A program made the position numbers and the translations under genes. The notes beneath the pieces were generated by a model. The model saw nothing but the letters and a program-made list of their open reading frames with translations. It ran no database searches and was not told the origin of the DNA. A stretch of 62,974 bases of DNA, the filler included, from Chrysochromulina tobinii (taxonomy: Eukaryota), in assembly GCA_001275005.1 (NCBI GenBank). It is 6 parts of 6 records of this genome, joined end to end, with 100 filler letters (N's around TTAATTAATTAA, not from the genome) between each part and the next. Parts side by side here need not be neighbours in the genome. Positions count along the whole stretch, not along the records: positions 41,962 to 51,967 come from JWZX01001443.1; positions 52,068 to 56,800 come from JWZX01001450.1; 4 more parts are not named here. One strand, written 5' to 3'. This document shows positions 43,506 to 55,076 of the stretch, in pieces (the stretch's first letter is position 1; every line of letters begins with the position of its first letter).

Positions 43506-45032
43506 ATGAGCCTTCGCCTCCTTCATATACTGCTATGGATCTCGCACGTCCTGGCCATCCCAGGCTGCGAGCCATGGTGTTCAGCCAAGTGCTCTGAGCT
43601 CAACGGTGATCTAGCCTACGAGTGTGGAAAATGCGGCTTGGATTCCAATTGCAATCCTCGAGCTGCCGACTACCGAAGCTCCCATGTTTCGCAGCCCCTT
43701 GAGGCTCTCGACACCCCAGCTCGCCGAACGATTTACGGCGAACACAAGTTCCATGGCTGCCCTGTGCTTGACGATGTCAGTTCCCTGTGGGAGACGATGA
43801 GCCGCGACCCTCGGCCGCGTGTCATCCGACAGGCGATTTCGGAGGTGATCGACTTTGCAAAGCAGTTTGCTCGCCACGACCAGCGTGTTGGCATGAATGT
43901 CGACCTGGTTGAGTTTCAGATCTCTTCGAGCCGTCCATATGTACTCTCAGCCGCAGGGTACTCACCCGAAATCATAGCCCAGGTTAGCAAAGCTTATCCT
44001 CTCCCTCCTGCAGTGTCGTCTGTGCAGCAGCGCCCTGTCATCTCTGTCGGGCTGAAGGGCAGTGGAGAGCGCGACCTCGCGCATCACTACCACCCGATCA
44101 CTGCGCTGAAGCTGCTCGAGGGCGAGAAGATCTGGGCACTCCGCCCGCCACGAGATGAGGAGTGTGCCATGAACGCAGCCGACTGCACAGATCCGCTCAA
44201 TGTGTGCGACTACTATTTTGGTCTGAACGCGCCCGCGCCGGCGTGCGTGCAGCGGCCGGGTGATACCATCATCGTTCCCAACGGCTGGTTTCACGGCACG
44301 TGCAACAACGCATCCCTCACCGTCGCCTGGGGTGGCCAAGGCCAAACTTTTGGACTTGAGATGCATGGGTCCGACGAGAACGACAAAGATCAACCTCTGT
44401 TTGGGTTCCGGCTGGGTACGCCGGCTCCAGGCAGCGCGCCCACATTCGGCGAGAGCGAGATGATGGGCATGAGGGAGGCCTTGACTACCAGCTCTTGGCA
44501 ACGTGCCGCAGGCCACGTGGTCACGGCCAACCTGCTGAGAGCTGGCGCGGCGTTTCAGGCACCCTTGATGACTGTTCGATCTCTGTGGGGTGAGTTCCTG
44601 TCATACACACAAGAGCAGTCCGAGCGGCACGCGATGGAGCATCTGCAGTCGATGGAATGCTCCGCCATTCGCCTGAGCCCGGGCGTGGCCGCATCGCTCG
44701 AGAGAGCGTCGCCCGATGTTTGGGCAAAGATGCGAAGGTGGACCCACGCTCATTTGCTCGTGGGGCTCGAGGACAGCGCAGTGTCGCTCGCCTTTTTGCG
44801 GCACAAGGAATCCCGAGCGACACGTGCAATCCACCTTGCCGTTGGCGATGTGGCGATGTGGATGGGCGCCGCCCTTTCCGGGCTGGAGGTCGTCGGCAGC
44901 ACAGCTCAAACCCTGCTTTGGTGTTCAGCGAAATTACTGCTATCGCACGGTCAGGCGGTGGAGAGGGCCTGGAATGCGGAGCGACGTACGGGCGGAAGCA
45001 CTGCAGACGAGAGATTGAGAGGTGAGCTGTGA
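43506..45032 (+). CDS. Secreted/lumenal JmjC-domain (JMJD8-like) protein with N-terminal Cys-rich module
   Basis: Signal peptide; CEPWC...CSELNG...ECGKC...CNP; AHHYH...EGEKIW...VQRPGDTIIVPNGWFHGTCN. Confidence 0.75.
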   Translation: MSLRLLHILLWISHVLAIPGCEPWCSAKCSELNGDLAYECGKCGLDSNCNPRAADYRSSHVSQPLEALDTPARRTIYGEHKFHGCPVLDDVSSLWETMSRDPRPRVIRQAISEVIDFAKQFARHDQRVGMNVDLVEFQISSSRPYVLSAAGYSPEIIAQVSKAYPLPPAVSSVQQRPVISVGLKGSGERDLAHHYHPITALKLLEGEKIWALRPPRDEECAMNAADCTDPLNVCDYYFGLNAPAPACVQRPGDTIIVPNGWFHGTCNNASLTVAWGGQGQTFGLEMHGSDENDKDQPLFGFRLGTPAPGSAPTFGESEMMGMREALTTSSWQRAAGHVVTANLLRAGAAFQAPLMTVRSLWGEFLSYTQEQSERHAMEHLQSMECSAIRLSPGVAASLERASPDVWAKMRRWTHAHLLVGLEDSAVSLAFLRHKESRATRAIHLAVGDVAMWMGAALSGLEVVGSTAQTLLWCSAKLLLSHGQAVERAWNAERRTGGSTADERLRGEL

Positions 45033-45104
45033 GCTTCCCTGCAAAAATTCCACACCAATACACAGCAAATTGTTCATTCACACACAAATTCACACGCATC
45101 ACAC

Positions 45105-47511
45105 ATGCCGGCCTCCTGGAATGATAAGATGGAGCAGATGTACCGCGTGCAGGAGCGGATGCAAGCTACTGCACCGCCGCGCAAGATAAAGCTGGGTGAG
45201 CAAGCCTGGTCGGACTTCCCGACGCGAAATACGCCGAGAACCTCTCAACGCTTGAGCAACGAGGTGCGCCTGAGGCTAGGCACGCCGAGATCGAAGCCGA
45301 CAGCCGTGCGAAGCGAGCGACGCGTCAAGGTGGAGGCAGCAGAGCGCCTCGCCGCGCAAATTCGTGCTGCTCAGCGAGCAGCCATGGAAAAGTCGGACGC
45401 GGAGAGGGCCGCGGTTGAGATGGCTGATGCTGCTGAGAGGGCGATTGCAAAAAGGATCGCAGCAGAGAAAGCTGCAGCGGCCGCCGCAGCGGCCGCGGAG
45501 AAAGCGACGGCGAAGATGGTTGCCCTGGAGCGCGAGTCGGCGCTCAAGAAGGCAGCGGCAGCCGCCAAGCGGGCCGACGCAGAGCACGCTGCCGCCGAGC
45601 GCGCGATGGCGGATCGAGGGGCAGCTGAGGAAACAGAGCGAGCGGCCGCGGAGCGAGCGTTGTTGGCAGCCGAGCTGGCAGCATCCGAGCAGGCAGTCGC
45701 CGAGCAGGCCGCCGACAGGCTGGCATCCTCCGTGACAGGAGCAGCCGACGCTGGTGAGGCAGCAGCGAAGACGAGGGCAGCGGCGAACACGGAGGCAGTG
45801 ACCAAGGGATCGAAGCAGCCACGGGCGTCAGCACCGCGGCTGGGCCTCTTTGGTCGCCTGTTTGGTGTCCCGAACAAAGAAACCGAAGGACAGCCGGCGG
45901 CCGTTGGCGTCGCTGGTTTGGCCGCTAGCTCGGCCGTGAGCTCGGCCGAGGCGGCTGCCGACGACAGCGCAGTCCAGCCCGATCCGCTGGTGGACGAGCC
46001 CGTGGCCAACGAACCAGATGTTGCCGACCCAAGGGGAAACCGCGGCGGTGGTGGCGCCGGCAGGAGCAGTGGCGATGGCGACGGTGGCGACAGCGGTGGC
46101 GGTGGCGGCAGTGGAAGTGGCCAGGATGATGCAGGTGGCATCGACGTGTCGGCCGCGGCGACTCATTCGACTCTGGGACGTGGCAGCGGCGCGGCCGACA
46201 CGAAGGGGCGCAGCGCACGCACCACCATGTCCTCGTCCCACGCTCTGATGAAGGACATGAAGGACATTGCTCGAATCCGCTCTACCGGCGCCGGCTCGTC
46301 CTCGTCGCACGCGCTCCTGGCCGCCCGCAGCGCGGCACTCGAGAGCGCTGCGCCAACGAATCCCCGACGCGCGCTGCGCGAGGCCGAGCATCGGAGCGCG
46401 CGTCGCGCGTTTCTCGACATCGAGGAGCGTAACGCAGGACTAGACGACTACTGCGCGCGGCGTACGGCGCCCGCGCCAGGCTGGCAGTCGCCTTTTGCGA
46501 ATACGGCTGGGTTTGGCTCCCGGGACACGCGCTTCGCCGCCTACTGGCGCGCCCCCGCGCATAAGCCGCAGACCTCCGTGGTGGTGGGGCCGGGTGTGTA
46601 TGAGTTGGACCCCCCTGGCTCAAGTGCCTCTCTCGGCTCCACTATCCGTGCGTCCACCGCGGCCGCCGTCAACCCGTTCCGGTACGGTGAGACAGCTCCG
46701 CTGAGCATGGCGACGAGCTTCGGCCATCCAGAGATTAACGACTGGTGGTGCGACATTGGCAAGGAGGGCTGCCTGCGACCGACGGCGCACGCGGTGCACG
46801 GCGGCAATTACGAGCCCGGCCTGTTTTGGTACAAGGAGAACCTGTGCGTGTGCGAGGCTTGCTATCGCGCTGGCTACGCCGAGGACCACCACGGGTACGC
46901 GCTCGCAGAGGATGAGATGCGGCGTCACCGGATCCCCGAGGAGCTCTCGCCTGCTGGCACCTTCGCGCCGGGCTGGCGCAAGTCCGACTATCACAAGTTC
47001 CTCGGCTTCGCGGGCAACCAGTCGAGGGGTGCATCACGTGCCCAAGAGACGGCTCGCCTCCGGCATGCCAAGAGAGCTCAGGACAGCGCGCATAAGGCGC
47101 GTCGGCGCGAGCTTACAGCGCTCGGCCGTTGAGCAGCGACGGCAAGCGGGCGCGGCGGAGGAGGAGATTCGCCTAAGGAACGACTCGAGCGCCCATGGCA
47201 TCAAGCGCGCCGCGCACGAGCGCGCGAGCCGCGCAGAGCAGGTGCGCATGTATCGGCTGCACCATGCGGCGATGAGCGCTTCGGAGGTGCGCGGGCTCAT
47301 CGACGTGATGACGAGCGACGCCGACGGCGCGAGCGTCGACGACCTACCCGCGCCCGAGGGGGCGCGGCAGCAGCAGCGGCAGCAGCAGCAGCGCGTGGAC
47401 GAGCGGGTGCGGCGGCGGCAGCTTGGAGGCTCGACGGGCGTCGAGGCGGCTCGGAGGGCGGTGCATGCAGAGGAGGAGCAAGAGGTGGAGGAGAAACATC
47501 AGATTTTGTGA
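45105..47511 (+). CDS. Hypothetical coiled-coil protein with a Cys cluster; probable 1-nt frameshift at about 47113
   Basis: 675-aa ORF (WWCD...C...CEACY) continues as ELQRSAVEQRRQ... to a stop at 47511 if one T is removed. Confidence 0.6.
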
Positions 47512-47678
47512 CATTCGGGATGAAGGTCTATTAACAGTTTGTGCAGTGTGTCCCCCGTACAGTACAATGTTTCCGCTCCTTTTTTGCTTGACTTGACTTG
47601 TCATTCTTGACTTGTATCGCGCAGAAAAAGTTGCGGCTTCGTTTCGGTGTCGCGACCGCGACGAGAAGCGAAGTTGTC

Positions 47679-48994
47679 ATGGCGTCGTCGGACCCAGCTC
47701 CACCTCGCCTTCGCGTCTGTACGCGCTAACATCACCACCCCATGCATCGCCCACGGCCGCTCTCCACCAGCGTGCATTGTCAGGCGCTCAGCGCCAGCAG
47801 CGCGTGCTGGCAGCCGAGGCACTGACGACCTTTGATGCCGCATCACACATCACCTCAACACCCTCACCTCCGCCTCCTTCGACGGCTGCACCCTTCGCCA
47901 TTCACCTCACCTCACCTCACCACCCTCGCCTCGCTTCTTTCGCAGACATTGGCAATCTGGACCCTGCCTTCACGCAAGCGCAATTGGCAGCCTATGTGAC
48001 CCGCTTTGGGCCCACCAAGTCAGTGTGGGTCGCCCGCTCACCTCCAGGATTTGCCTTCATCGAGTTTGAGACGGAGCAGGATGCGCAGGCGTGCATTGAC
48101 GTGGTGCACGATGCGCGGCTTGGGCACCAGAACGTCACCGCACAATTTGCCAAGACGAACGGTCCTAAGGAACCACCGCCAGCCAAACCTGCGCCAAGCT
48201 GCCGGCACCGTGCGGTGCTCAAGAATCTGCCCGCGTCCTTTAGCTGGCGCGAGCTGCAGGATGAAATGCGACAGCTTGGCAGCGTGATATATGCGGACAT
48301 GGACGCTCAAGGCGACGGCCACGTCGAGTTCGCCTCGGCTGAAGACCTTGACCGCGCCGTGCAACGCTTGCATGGATCGCGCCTCGATGGCAACTACATT
48401 GTCGTCTACAAGGAAGCCGAAGGGCCGCCGCCTGCGTCGAGCTACGACCCGCCGCCTGCGTCGAGCTACGACCCGCCGCCTGCCTCGAGCTACGACCCGC
48501 CGCCTGCGTCGAGCTACGACCCGCCGCCTGCCTCGAGCTACGATGATCGAGGTGGCGGGTACGATGCGCGCGCACCAGCCGGCAGCGGCGCCCACGGTAG
48601 CGGCACTTATGACAGGGGTTACGACAGGAGCTACAACAGGGGCTACAGCGACATGCGCGACACTGAACGCGCCGCCTACAACGACACGCGCGGCGGTAGC
48701 GGCGCCTACGGTAGCGGCACTTATGACAGGGACGGTAGCGGCACTTATGACAGGGGTTACGACAGGAGTTACAATAGGGGCTACAGTAGATACGATGACG
48801 TCCGGCAGGACAGCCGATACGAGGGCGCGTACGGCGACCGGCGGAGCGGCACGCACGGCTCCTACCGCGAGCGGGAGCGCGACGGCTTGTACGCGCGAGG
48901 CGGCGGAGGCAGCGGAGGCTACGACGGCGCGCGCTCGAACGGCTACGGATATCAGAACTACGAGCAGGGCGGCCACGATCGTGGCCAGAGATGA
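47679..48994 (+). CDS. SR-family-like two-RRM RNA-binding protein; intron 47719-47945
   Basis: Splicing yields RVYIGNL (RNP2); PPGFAFIEF (RNP1); the second RRM has SWRELQD (pseudo-RRM SWQDLKD-like). Confidence 0.85.
48425..48544 (+). repeat. 24-bp tandem repeat x5 encoding PPPASSYD
   Basis: Seen directly in the sequence. Confidence 0.95.
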
Positions 48995-49517
48995 TACGTA
49001 GGGCGCAACCCTCCGCGGTCGATGCGGGGCAGGCCACGTGTCGCTTCGACGCGGCCGGCCGTTGCCGAGAACATCGACCCTAGGGCCGAGAACATCGATG
49101 CCGAGAACATCGACCCTAGGGTGCGGGGGTGGCCACCACGCGTTCGCCCCCCCTACTGCTCCTCCCAGCGGCAGCGCGCGCGCTCTCGACAGTCACTGCG
49201 ACGCGATAAGAAGTCCAGTACTGTACATGTAATAAGTGAACCGCTCCAAGAGCCGAGCGCGTGCGCGATGCCTGCGGATCGGTCGGCACCGGGCACGCGC
49301 CGCGGACGAGGGACGCATATATCGCATTCCTCTCGTTGTGCGCGTATGGTTGTGATTGGTTTAGGCGTTAGCGTTTGTCTATTTAAGCGGCTGGGACACG
49401 CGCTCTAAAGTGTGTCAGCCGAGCCGCGGAGTTCGCGAGATACCCCGCTGAGCGCAGTGCCTGAGCCGGCAGTGAGCGGAGCCTGTGTGAGGGCTGAGCC
49501 TGTCGCGTGGCGCGCGT

Positions 49518-50355
49518 CTACCGGGCCATCATTTGCTGCCACTCCATCATGCTCATCTGCCTCAGTAGGCCCGACGTCTTCTCGCGTGCAACCGTCGAGG
49601 AGGCGCCATTGTAGGCGTGCCCAGGGAAGAGCGGCAATGCGTCGTCGAGCATGGCTCGCAGCAAGCTCAGGCTCGAAAACATCGCATCCACACTCGAGCC
49701 AGGCAAATCGAGGCGGCCGCACGAGCCCGGAAAGATGGTGTCACCCGTGAGAACTAGACGGTCCTCGCCGCCGACGGCCGCGACGAGCGTCATTCCACCG
49801 GGGCTATGCCCCGGCGTCAGAATGACCTTGAGCTCTACCCAATCACCGGCTCGCAGCACGTCGCCGTCCCGCAGCGGAGAGAGCGCTTGTGGCGCGACAC
49901 CTATTTGCATAGCGGCAGTGGCGAGCTCTATCTGGTGCACATAGCTGGGGACTGAGAGCTCATCCACAAAATGACGCAAGCCTGGCAGCACCAGACCGGG
50001 ACCTCCGGGCACCTCGCCCCCAATGTGGTCGTAGTGGAAGTGCGTACCGACTGCAGCCGTGATGTTGCAACCCAATTTTTCAGCGGCCGCCAACACGCCC
50101 TCTGGGTCATACACCGCGTCGACAGCGATGCATTGGCCAGAACTGCCGGTCGCCCACGAGGTACATGTAATTCTGCATGCTCTTTGCCATGTTGAAGACC
50201 TTGATCTGAGTTGCCCCACGTGCTCTCTGTGGCTGGGCAACATCAACACCAGCCAAGAGCTGCCGGAAGAGGAAACGCTCGTCGCATAGCGGGTGCTCCT
50301 CGCTACTGGCCGCCGACGCGAGGAGTATGATGACAGCAGTGACCCGCGGACACAT
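49518..50355 (-). CDS. Metallo-beta-lactamase-fold hydrolase (glyoxalase II-like) with signal peptide; 1-nt frameshift at about 50141
   Basis: MQNYMYLVGDRQ joins SGQCIAVD; THFHYDHIGG, TPGHSPG, LTGDTIF, FPGH. Confidence 0.85.
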
Positions 50356-50395
50356 TTTCAAACGGCGTCCGTTCATACCGGTACTTTTCCCCGAT

Positions 50396-50423
50396 GTGAA
50401 CGTTAACACGACAGACGCGACAA
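50396..50423 (-). promoter_or_regulatory. Second exact copy of the 28-bp upstream element
   Basis: Ends 40 nt upstream of ATG 50355 on the coding strand. Confidence 0.6.
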
Positions 50424-50966
50424 CCGAAGCTACGACACTGTTACTGCCCGCTCAGAATACACACACCTTACAGGACCCCAAACGAGACACGGAGCATGCG
50501 CGCGCTGGCGGCGTTGAGGATGGTCTGGGCGTCGGCGGTTTGGATGGCGGTGGATATGTTGGCGATGTGTGGTGGGAATAGCATCTAGAGTGCCGAGCTG
50601 ACAGCTGTAGCCAAAGCCATCCGTGTAGCTAATAAGCCACGGGGCGGCCACAACATGCCACATAGCCATAGACGATTAATCCGTCCATGTGGCGCATCTC
50701 GGGCCATCATAGCGAGAAGTGAAGTTATGTCGACATGTACAAGTACCAGAGAATCGTCCACATGTACTTTGCCACACAATTGACGCAAATACCGGTACAT
50801 TTTACTACGGCAAGGACCGGGGCCGGGCGGGGATCGTACCTCCAATCTCCAGTGCTGGGAGACTATTTGAGACCTCGCACGTCTTCACAGTCCGACACTC
50901 CATGTAGCCGGCACACGTCTACGAACATCATGTGGTGACCGCTGCACAATGCCGGCCCTGAAGGGC

Positions 50967-51743
50967 TCAAAACGCCGTGAGGCGACTGATGAGATCAGCG
51001 TACTGTGGGAAACGGTCATGGAACTCGAGCATAAGCGTCGCGTTGCCTGCTGCCATGTGCGAGTCCCTCGGATCGAAGCCCGGCGTCGTGCTCGCCCCGG
51101 TCAACGCCCACGTGCTGCCCTTTGCAAGCAAGGCGCCACTCCAAGTCTGTCCACGGATGGTATACTGCGGCTGGTCTTGCATGGGTTTGGCTGCCCCGAG
51201 TGACACGTTGCTGACTGTGCCTGATCCGAAGTCGAAGATGAAGAGCGTGAGTGGGCCATCGCCAGCGTAGTAGTGATAGGTCTCATCGCCTTCAAGCATG
51301 TGCAACGGAAAGCCGCCCTGCGAAGACGTCGTATCCGTCCTGTTCAGTGCAAACAGATTGTAGATGTCGGCTGACAGTGCGCGTGTGCCACCCTTAAACC
51401 TCGAGGGAAGACGGGCCTGCAGATCCGAGGTGTACGTCTCGGTCATAAAGTTTCCATATGGTTGTTTCTGCAGCTTGAGCGCCTCGACCCAGTTCGCGGC
51501 AGCCTCTGGAATCGTGACGGAGACCCAGCCACAGCAGGCGTCGCAATCGACAGATCCCTGGCACATGTCCTTCCTTTGCAGCGCAGGAGAGCCCTCGCAG
51601 CAACCCTTGGCCGCGCCGCCACAGCGCGTATCCGTGCAGACGCCACTCTCCTGGGTGCAGATGATCATCGGCGCTGCGATGCAGAGCAAGAGGATACGCA
51701 GCTTCTCTGAGGGAGGGTTGGCCATCGTGGAAGTGTAGGCCAT
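50967..51743 (-). CDS. DUF985 (Cupin_5) family protein with signal-like and Cys-rich N-terminus
   Basis: LKLQKQPYGNFMTETY, LHMLEGDETYHYYAG, PQYTI..QTW, TTPGFD. Confidence 0.8.
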   Translation of the reverse strand: MAYTSTMANPPSEKLRILLLCIAAPMIICTQESGVCTDTRCGGAAKGCCEGSPALQRKDMCQGSVDCDACCGWVSVTIPEAAANWVEALKLQKQPYGNFMTETYTSDLQARLPSRFKGGTRALSADIYNLFALNRTDTTSSQGGFPLHMLEGDETYHYYAGDGPLTLFIFDFGSGTVSNVSLGAAKPMQDQPQYTIRGQTWSGALLAKGSTWALTGASTTPGFDPRDSHMAAGNATLMLEFHDRFPQYADLISRLTAF

Positions 51744-51967
51744 TGTGGACGGCAAAAGTGGGTCACACGCGCGGGTCACGGGACAATTCACGGGACAATT
51801 CACGGGACCTCCAATACATGTAAGACCTCAGAGTAGGAGGACTCGGGGTGCCTTTGGAGGCTTGAGGGCTATTGGGGAGATTGGGGGTGTCGCTGTATAT
51901 CACACACTGTAGCCTGACCGTCCTCGGTCCTCCTTTAACGTTAATCTCCAGTGTCCAGACTCCAGAG

Positions 51968-52067
51968 NNNNNNNNNNNNNNNNNNNNNNNNNNNNNNNNN
52001 NNNNNNNNNNNTTAATTAATTAANNNNNNNNNNNNNNNNNNNNNNNNNNNNNNNNNNNNNNNNNNNN
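51968..52067. other. Artificial assembly spacer
   Basis: N-run, TTAATTAATTAA, N-run. Confidence 0.99.
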
Positions 52068-53715
52068 GCTGACGCATGGTAGTGTAAGCGATGGGTAGCG
52101 CGTTGTCATAGAACGCGATCATCGTGGCGTCGGACGGCGGTGCGTTCCCCGTGCGATGGATGGCGGCGCTCTCGGACATCATCATGTCGAACTGACGACG
52201 GAGGTCTGCCTCTGAGATGTCACTGCGGGCGTCGATCGTGCGAGACTGTAACCTCGCTAGGTGAGCGGCATGGTCGCCGCCGTCGCCCGCGTTGGCGTCG
52301 AATGCCTTACGCAAGTACTCAATTGCAGCGACGCCGTCGTTGAGGTGCGTGTTGTAGAGGGACGTGACCAACCACGCCGGCATGGCCTGAACGAGGAGGC
52401 CGTAGAGCTGGGTGTTGTCGTTTGCCCACTTCTCACATGCGTCGTTCGCCTCCTTGATCTCCGCCGCGTTAAGGGCGACCGAGGGGAGGTTCATCCAGGC
52501 CAGACGGGCGGCGTTGGCTGTGTTAATCTCAGCTTGGTTAGTGACGGTACTGCCATCGGCAGCGAGAACTGGCGCAGGTGGCGCGGGCGGTTCCGGTGCC
52601 GCCCGCCCCATGTTGGGCGATGGCGCGGCAGGGGGCTTCGGCCTGGTGCCAGCGACGAGGGGCGCAGCGGAGACAAGCTTATAGGCGACATAGGCCGAGA
52701 AGAGCATGAACCACGCCGTGAAATCGATGCGCTCGCCACTAAAGCTCGGCACTCGCTTACCCTCGTCACCGGCGGAGTTCACGAGGGGGAGCAGGGCCAA
52801 GATCCAGAAGGGTCTCATACGCATCAACACCATCGGGGAGTAGAGGCGCAGGTAGGTGACCACGAGCAGGGAGTCGAAGGCGCACCAGGCCATGCCCGAG
52901 CGTCCAGACAGAAAACAGGCGTGAGCAACCAGGCTGCCGCGAGAGCGAAGGAGCCTAGCCGCGATGGCGAGCCCGACGTTGAGCGTGAGGACCTCGATGC
53001 GTTTGATCACCCGCGAGCCAAGGCGATAGGCGCGGGCGGTAATGGTCGTCAGCACGATGAGAGCGACGCGCGCGTATACGGTAGCGATCTGGCGAAGGCG
53101 AGGCACCGAAGGGTCACCATCGCCGAAGACCATCATCACGTGGCGATGAGTTTGCACCAGTTTGTCGAGCCGAGTGGGAGCTGTGAGATCACGCAGCGCC
53201 CGCCGAACGTCGTGGCGATCACGGGTGGGACAACGCTTCTTGCCGACCCACCCGCGATGCAGGGCGCTGGTGAGCTCGGCAGTGGCTGGGTCGTGAAGTG
53301 CGGCCCAGCGGTCGAGAGCGCTGGCCAGACCCGCCAGGGTGGCGGATAAGCGGCGAGCGGCGGCGGTTGTAATGGTCCCAGCGAGGGTGATGCACTCGAT
53401 CAAAAGCTGGATCGGCAGCATTGTGACCGAGTCAACGACCGCTAGGGCAACGAAGCCAATGATCTGAGTGATAAAGGAGGTGAACAGCACCAAACCAACG
53501 ATCAACGCGGTGAGCGTGGCGGCGACGGAGTAGGCGACCAGGAGGAGGGCGAGGAATGCCGCGGGTGACAAGGAGGCAAGCCCGACCAAAGTGACGGAGA
53601 CATAGTAAGCAACCACAAGAAGGGTGAGAGGTAAGGTCAGCGAGAAGGAGATGATGGGCCAAATGGTCCATGCGCTGAGAGTGCGTAGAGCGCTCGAGGC
53701 ACCCTGAATGCACAA
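52068..53715 (-). mobile_element. LTR-retrotransposon (Copia-like) Gag fragment with hydrophobic N-terminal extension; truncated by gap
   Basis: VPSFSGERIDFTAW...NTQLYGLLVQAM...NDGVAAIEYLRKAF...FYDNALP.AY are Gag-like. Confidence 0.6.
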
Positions 53716-54776
53716 GGCAGAGTGATGGTCAAATCGTCGACCAAGACCAGGAGAAGCGCTCTGGGTACGCTCGTGCCCATCGTACAGACAGTTACTGACT
53801 AAACCTGACTAAAACGTACTAAGCGCTCCCGTATAGGAAACACATAGGGAACACCTAGGGAGCACAGAACATACACATGCCCCGTGACAAAGGCACACGC
53901 GGTCGAGCTGCACAATGCTGGACGAGCCCCCGGTCTGATCGCATGTGGCGCGCGCGCTGCGTGGCTGAACGAGCCCGTCATGCTGTACCCGACGCTCGCC
54001 GCGATTCGCGGCGCAAACTACTTGACCCTGATGAGCGACAAGGAGATCCGGAGCGTCGTGACCGAAATGGAGATCGACGCCAAGGAGTTTGATGCCGCCG
54101 ACGATGATGACGAGCCTGAGGACGACGAGAACGGCGAGGATGAAGTTGAAGAGCTTGTCGTCGCCGAGGCCGAGCTAGGTGACTGTACGCGCCAGGACTG
54201 CGCACGCGTGTGCTGTCTCCAAGCGTGCACCGCGCACACGCTGCTGCACATGCACCGTCTCTCAGCACTGGTTACAAGGTTCTGCTCCTTAGGTGGGGCA
54301 GGACCCGCGACCGCTGGAGCCGCGGTGTACTGTACAAACTCGACCCCTGCATGCACATGCACGCGCACGAGCTCATACACATGTACATGCACACCCGCCA
54401 CTCTGACTCTGACGCATGCTTTATGCCTCTCATCGTAGGCGGACAGATGGAGGGCGTGGAGGGCGTGGAGGGCGCGGAAGCAGTTGAGGGGGTCGACGAC
54501 GTTGACAACGCCAGCGACGCCCGCGCAGCAGCCGCAGAAGCAGCAACAGAAGCAGATGCAGACGAGGACAAGGAGAAGGTCAAGGAGAAGGTCGCCTCAA
54601 AACGCGGCATCGCAGGCTTTACAGAATACAATGAAAACTATGTGGATTCTGATGACGATGATGAGCGACGGAGGGCCACTGAAGATTGGGAGGACGCCAG
54701 TCGCGAACTGGCAGACGAGGGACGCTTGGCCACTGAGCTTGCAGCCGCATCGCTTGCCAGAGCGCATGACGCGATT

Positions 54777-55076
54777 GAGCCGGCCGTAGCGCATGCCGCA
54801 GCGCATGCCGCAGCGCATGCCGCAGCGCCCGCCGCAGCGCTCGCCGCAGAGCCGGCCGTAGCGCATGCCGCAGCGCCCGCCGCAGCACTCGCCGCAGCGC
54901 ACGCCGCAGCGCATGCCGCAGAGCCGGCCGGAGCGCATGCCGCAGCGCATGCCGCAGCGCATGCCGCAGCGCCCGCCGGATCGCCTGCCGGATCGCATGC
55001 CGCGGCGCCTGCCGCAGCGCCCGTCGCAGCGCCCGTCGCAGCGCCCGTCGCAGCGCCCGTCGCAGCGCCCGTCGCT
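54777..55076 (+). repeat. 12-bp-unit tandem repeats (GCGCATGCCGCA / GCGCCCGTCGCA)
   Basis: Encodes AHAA/APVA arrays. Confidence 0.9.

Noticed and set aside
48425..48544. Tandem repeats as a possible CRISPR array (also 1691-1787, 49064-49120, 51777-51808)
   Set aside because: No unique spacers and no cas genes; ordinary minisatellites in a eukaryote.
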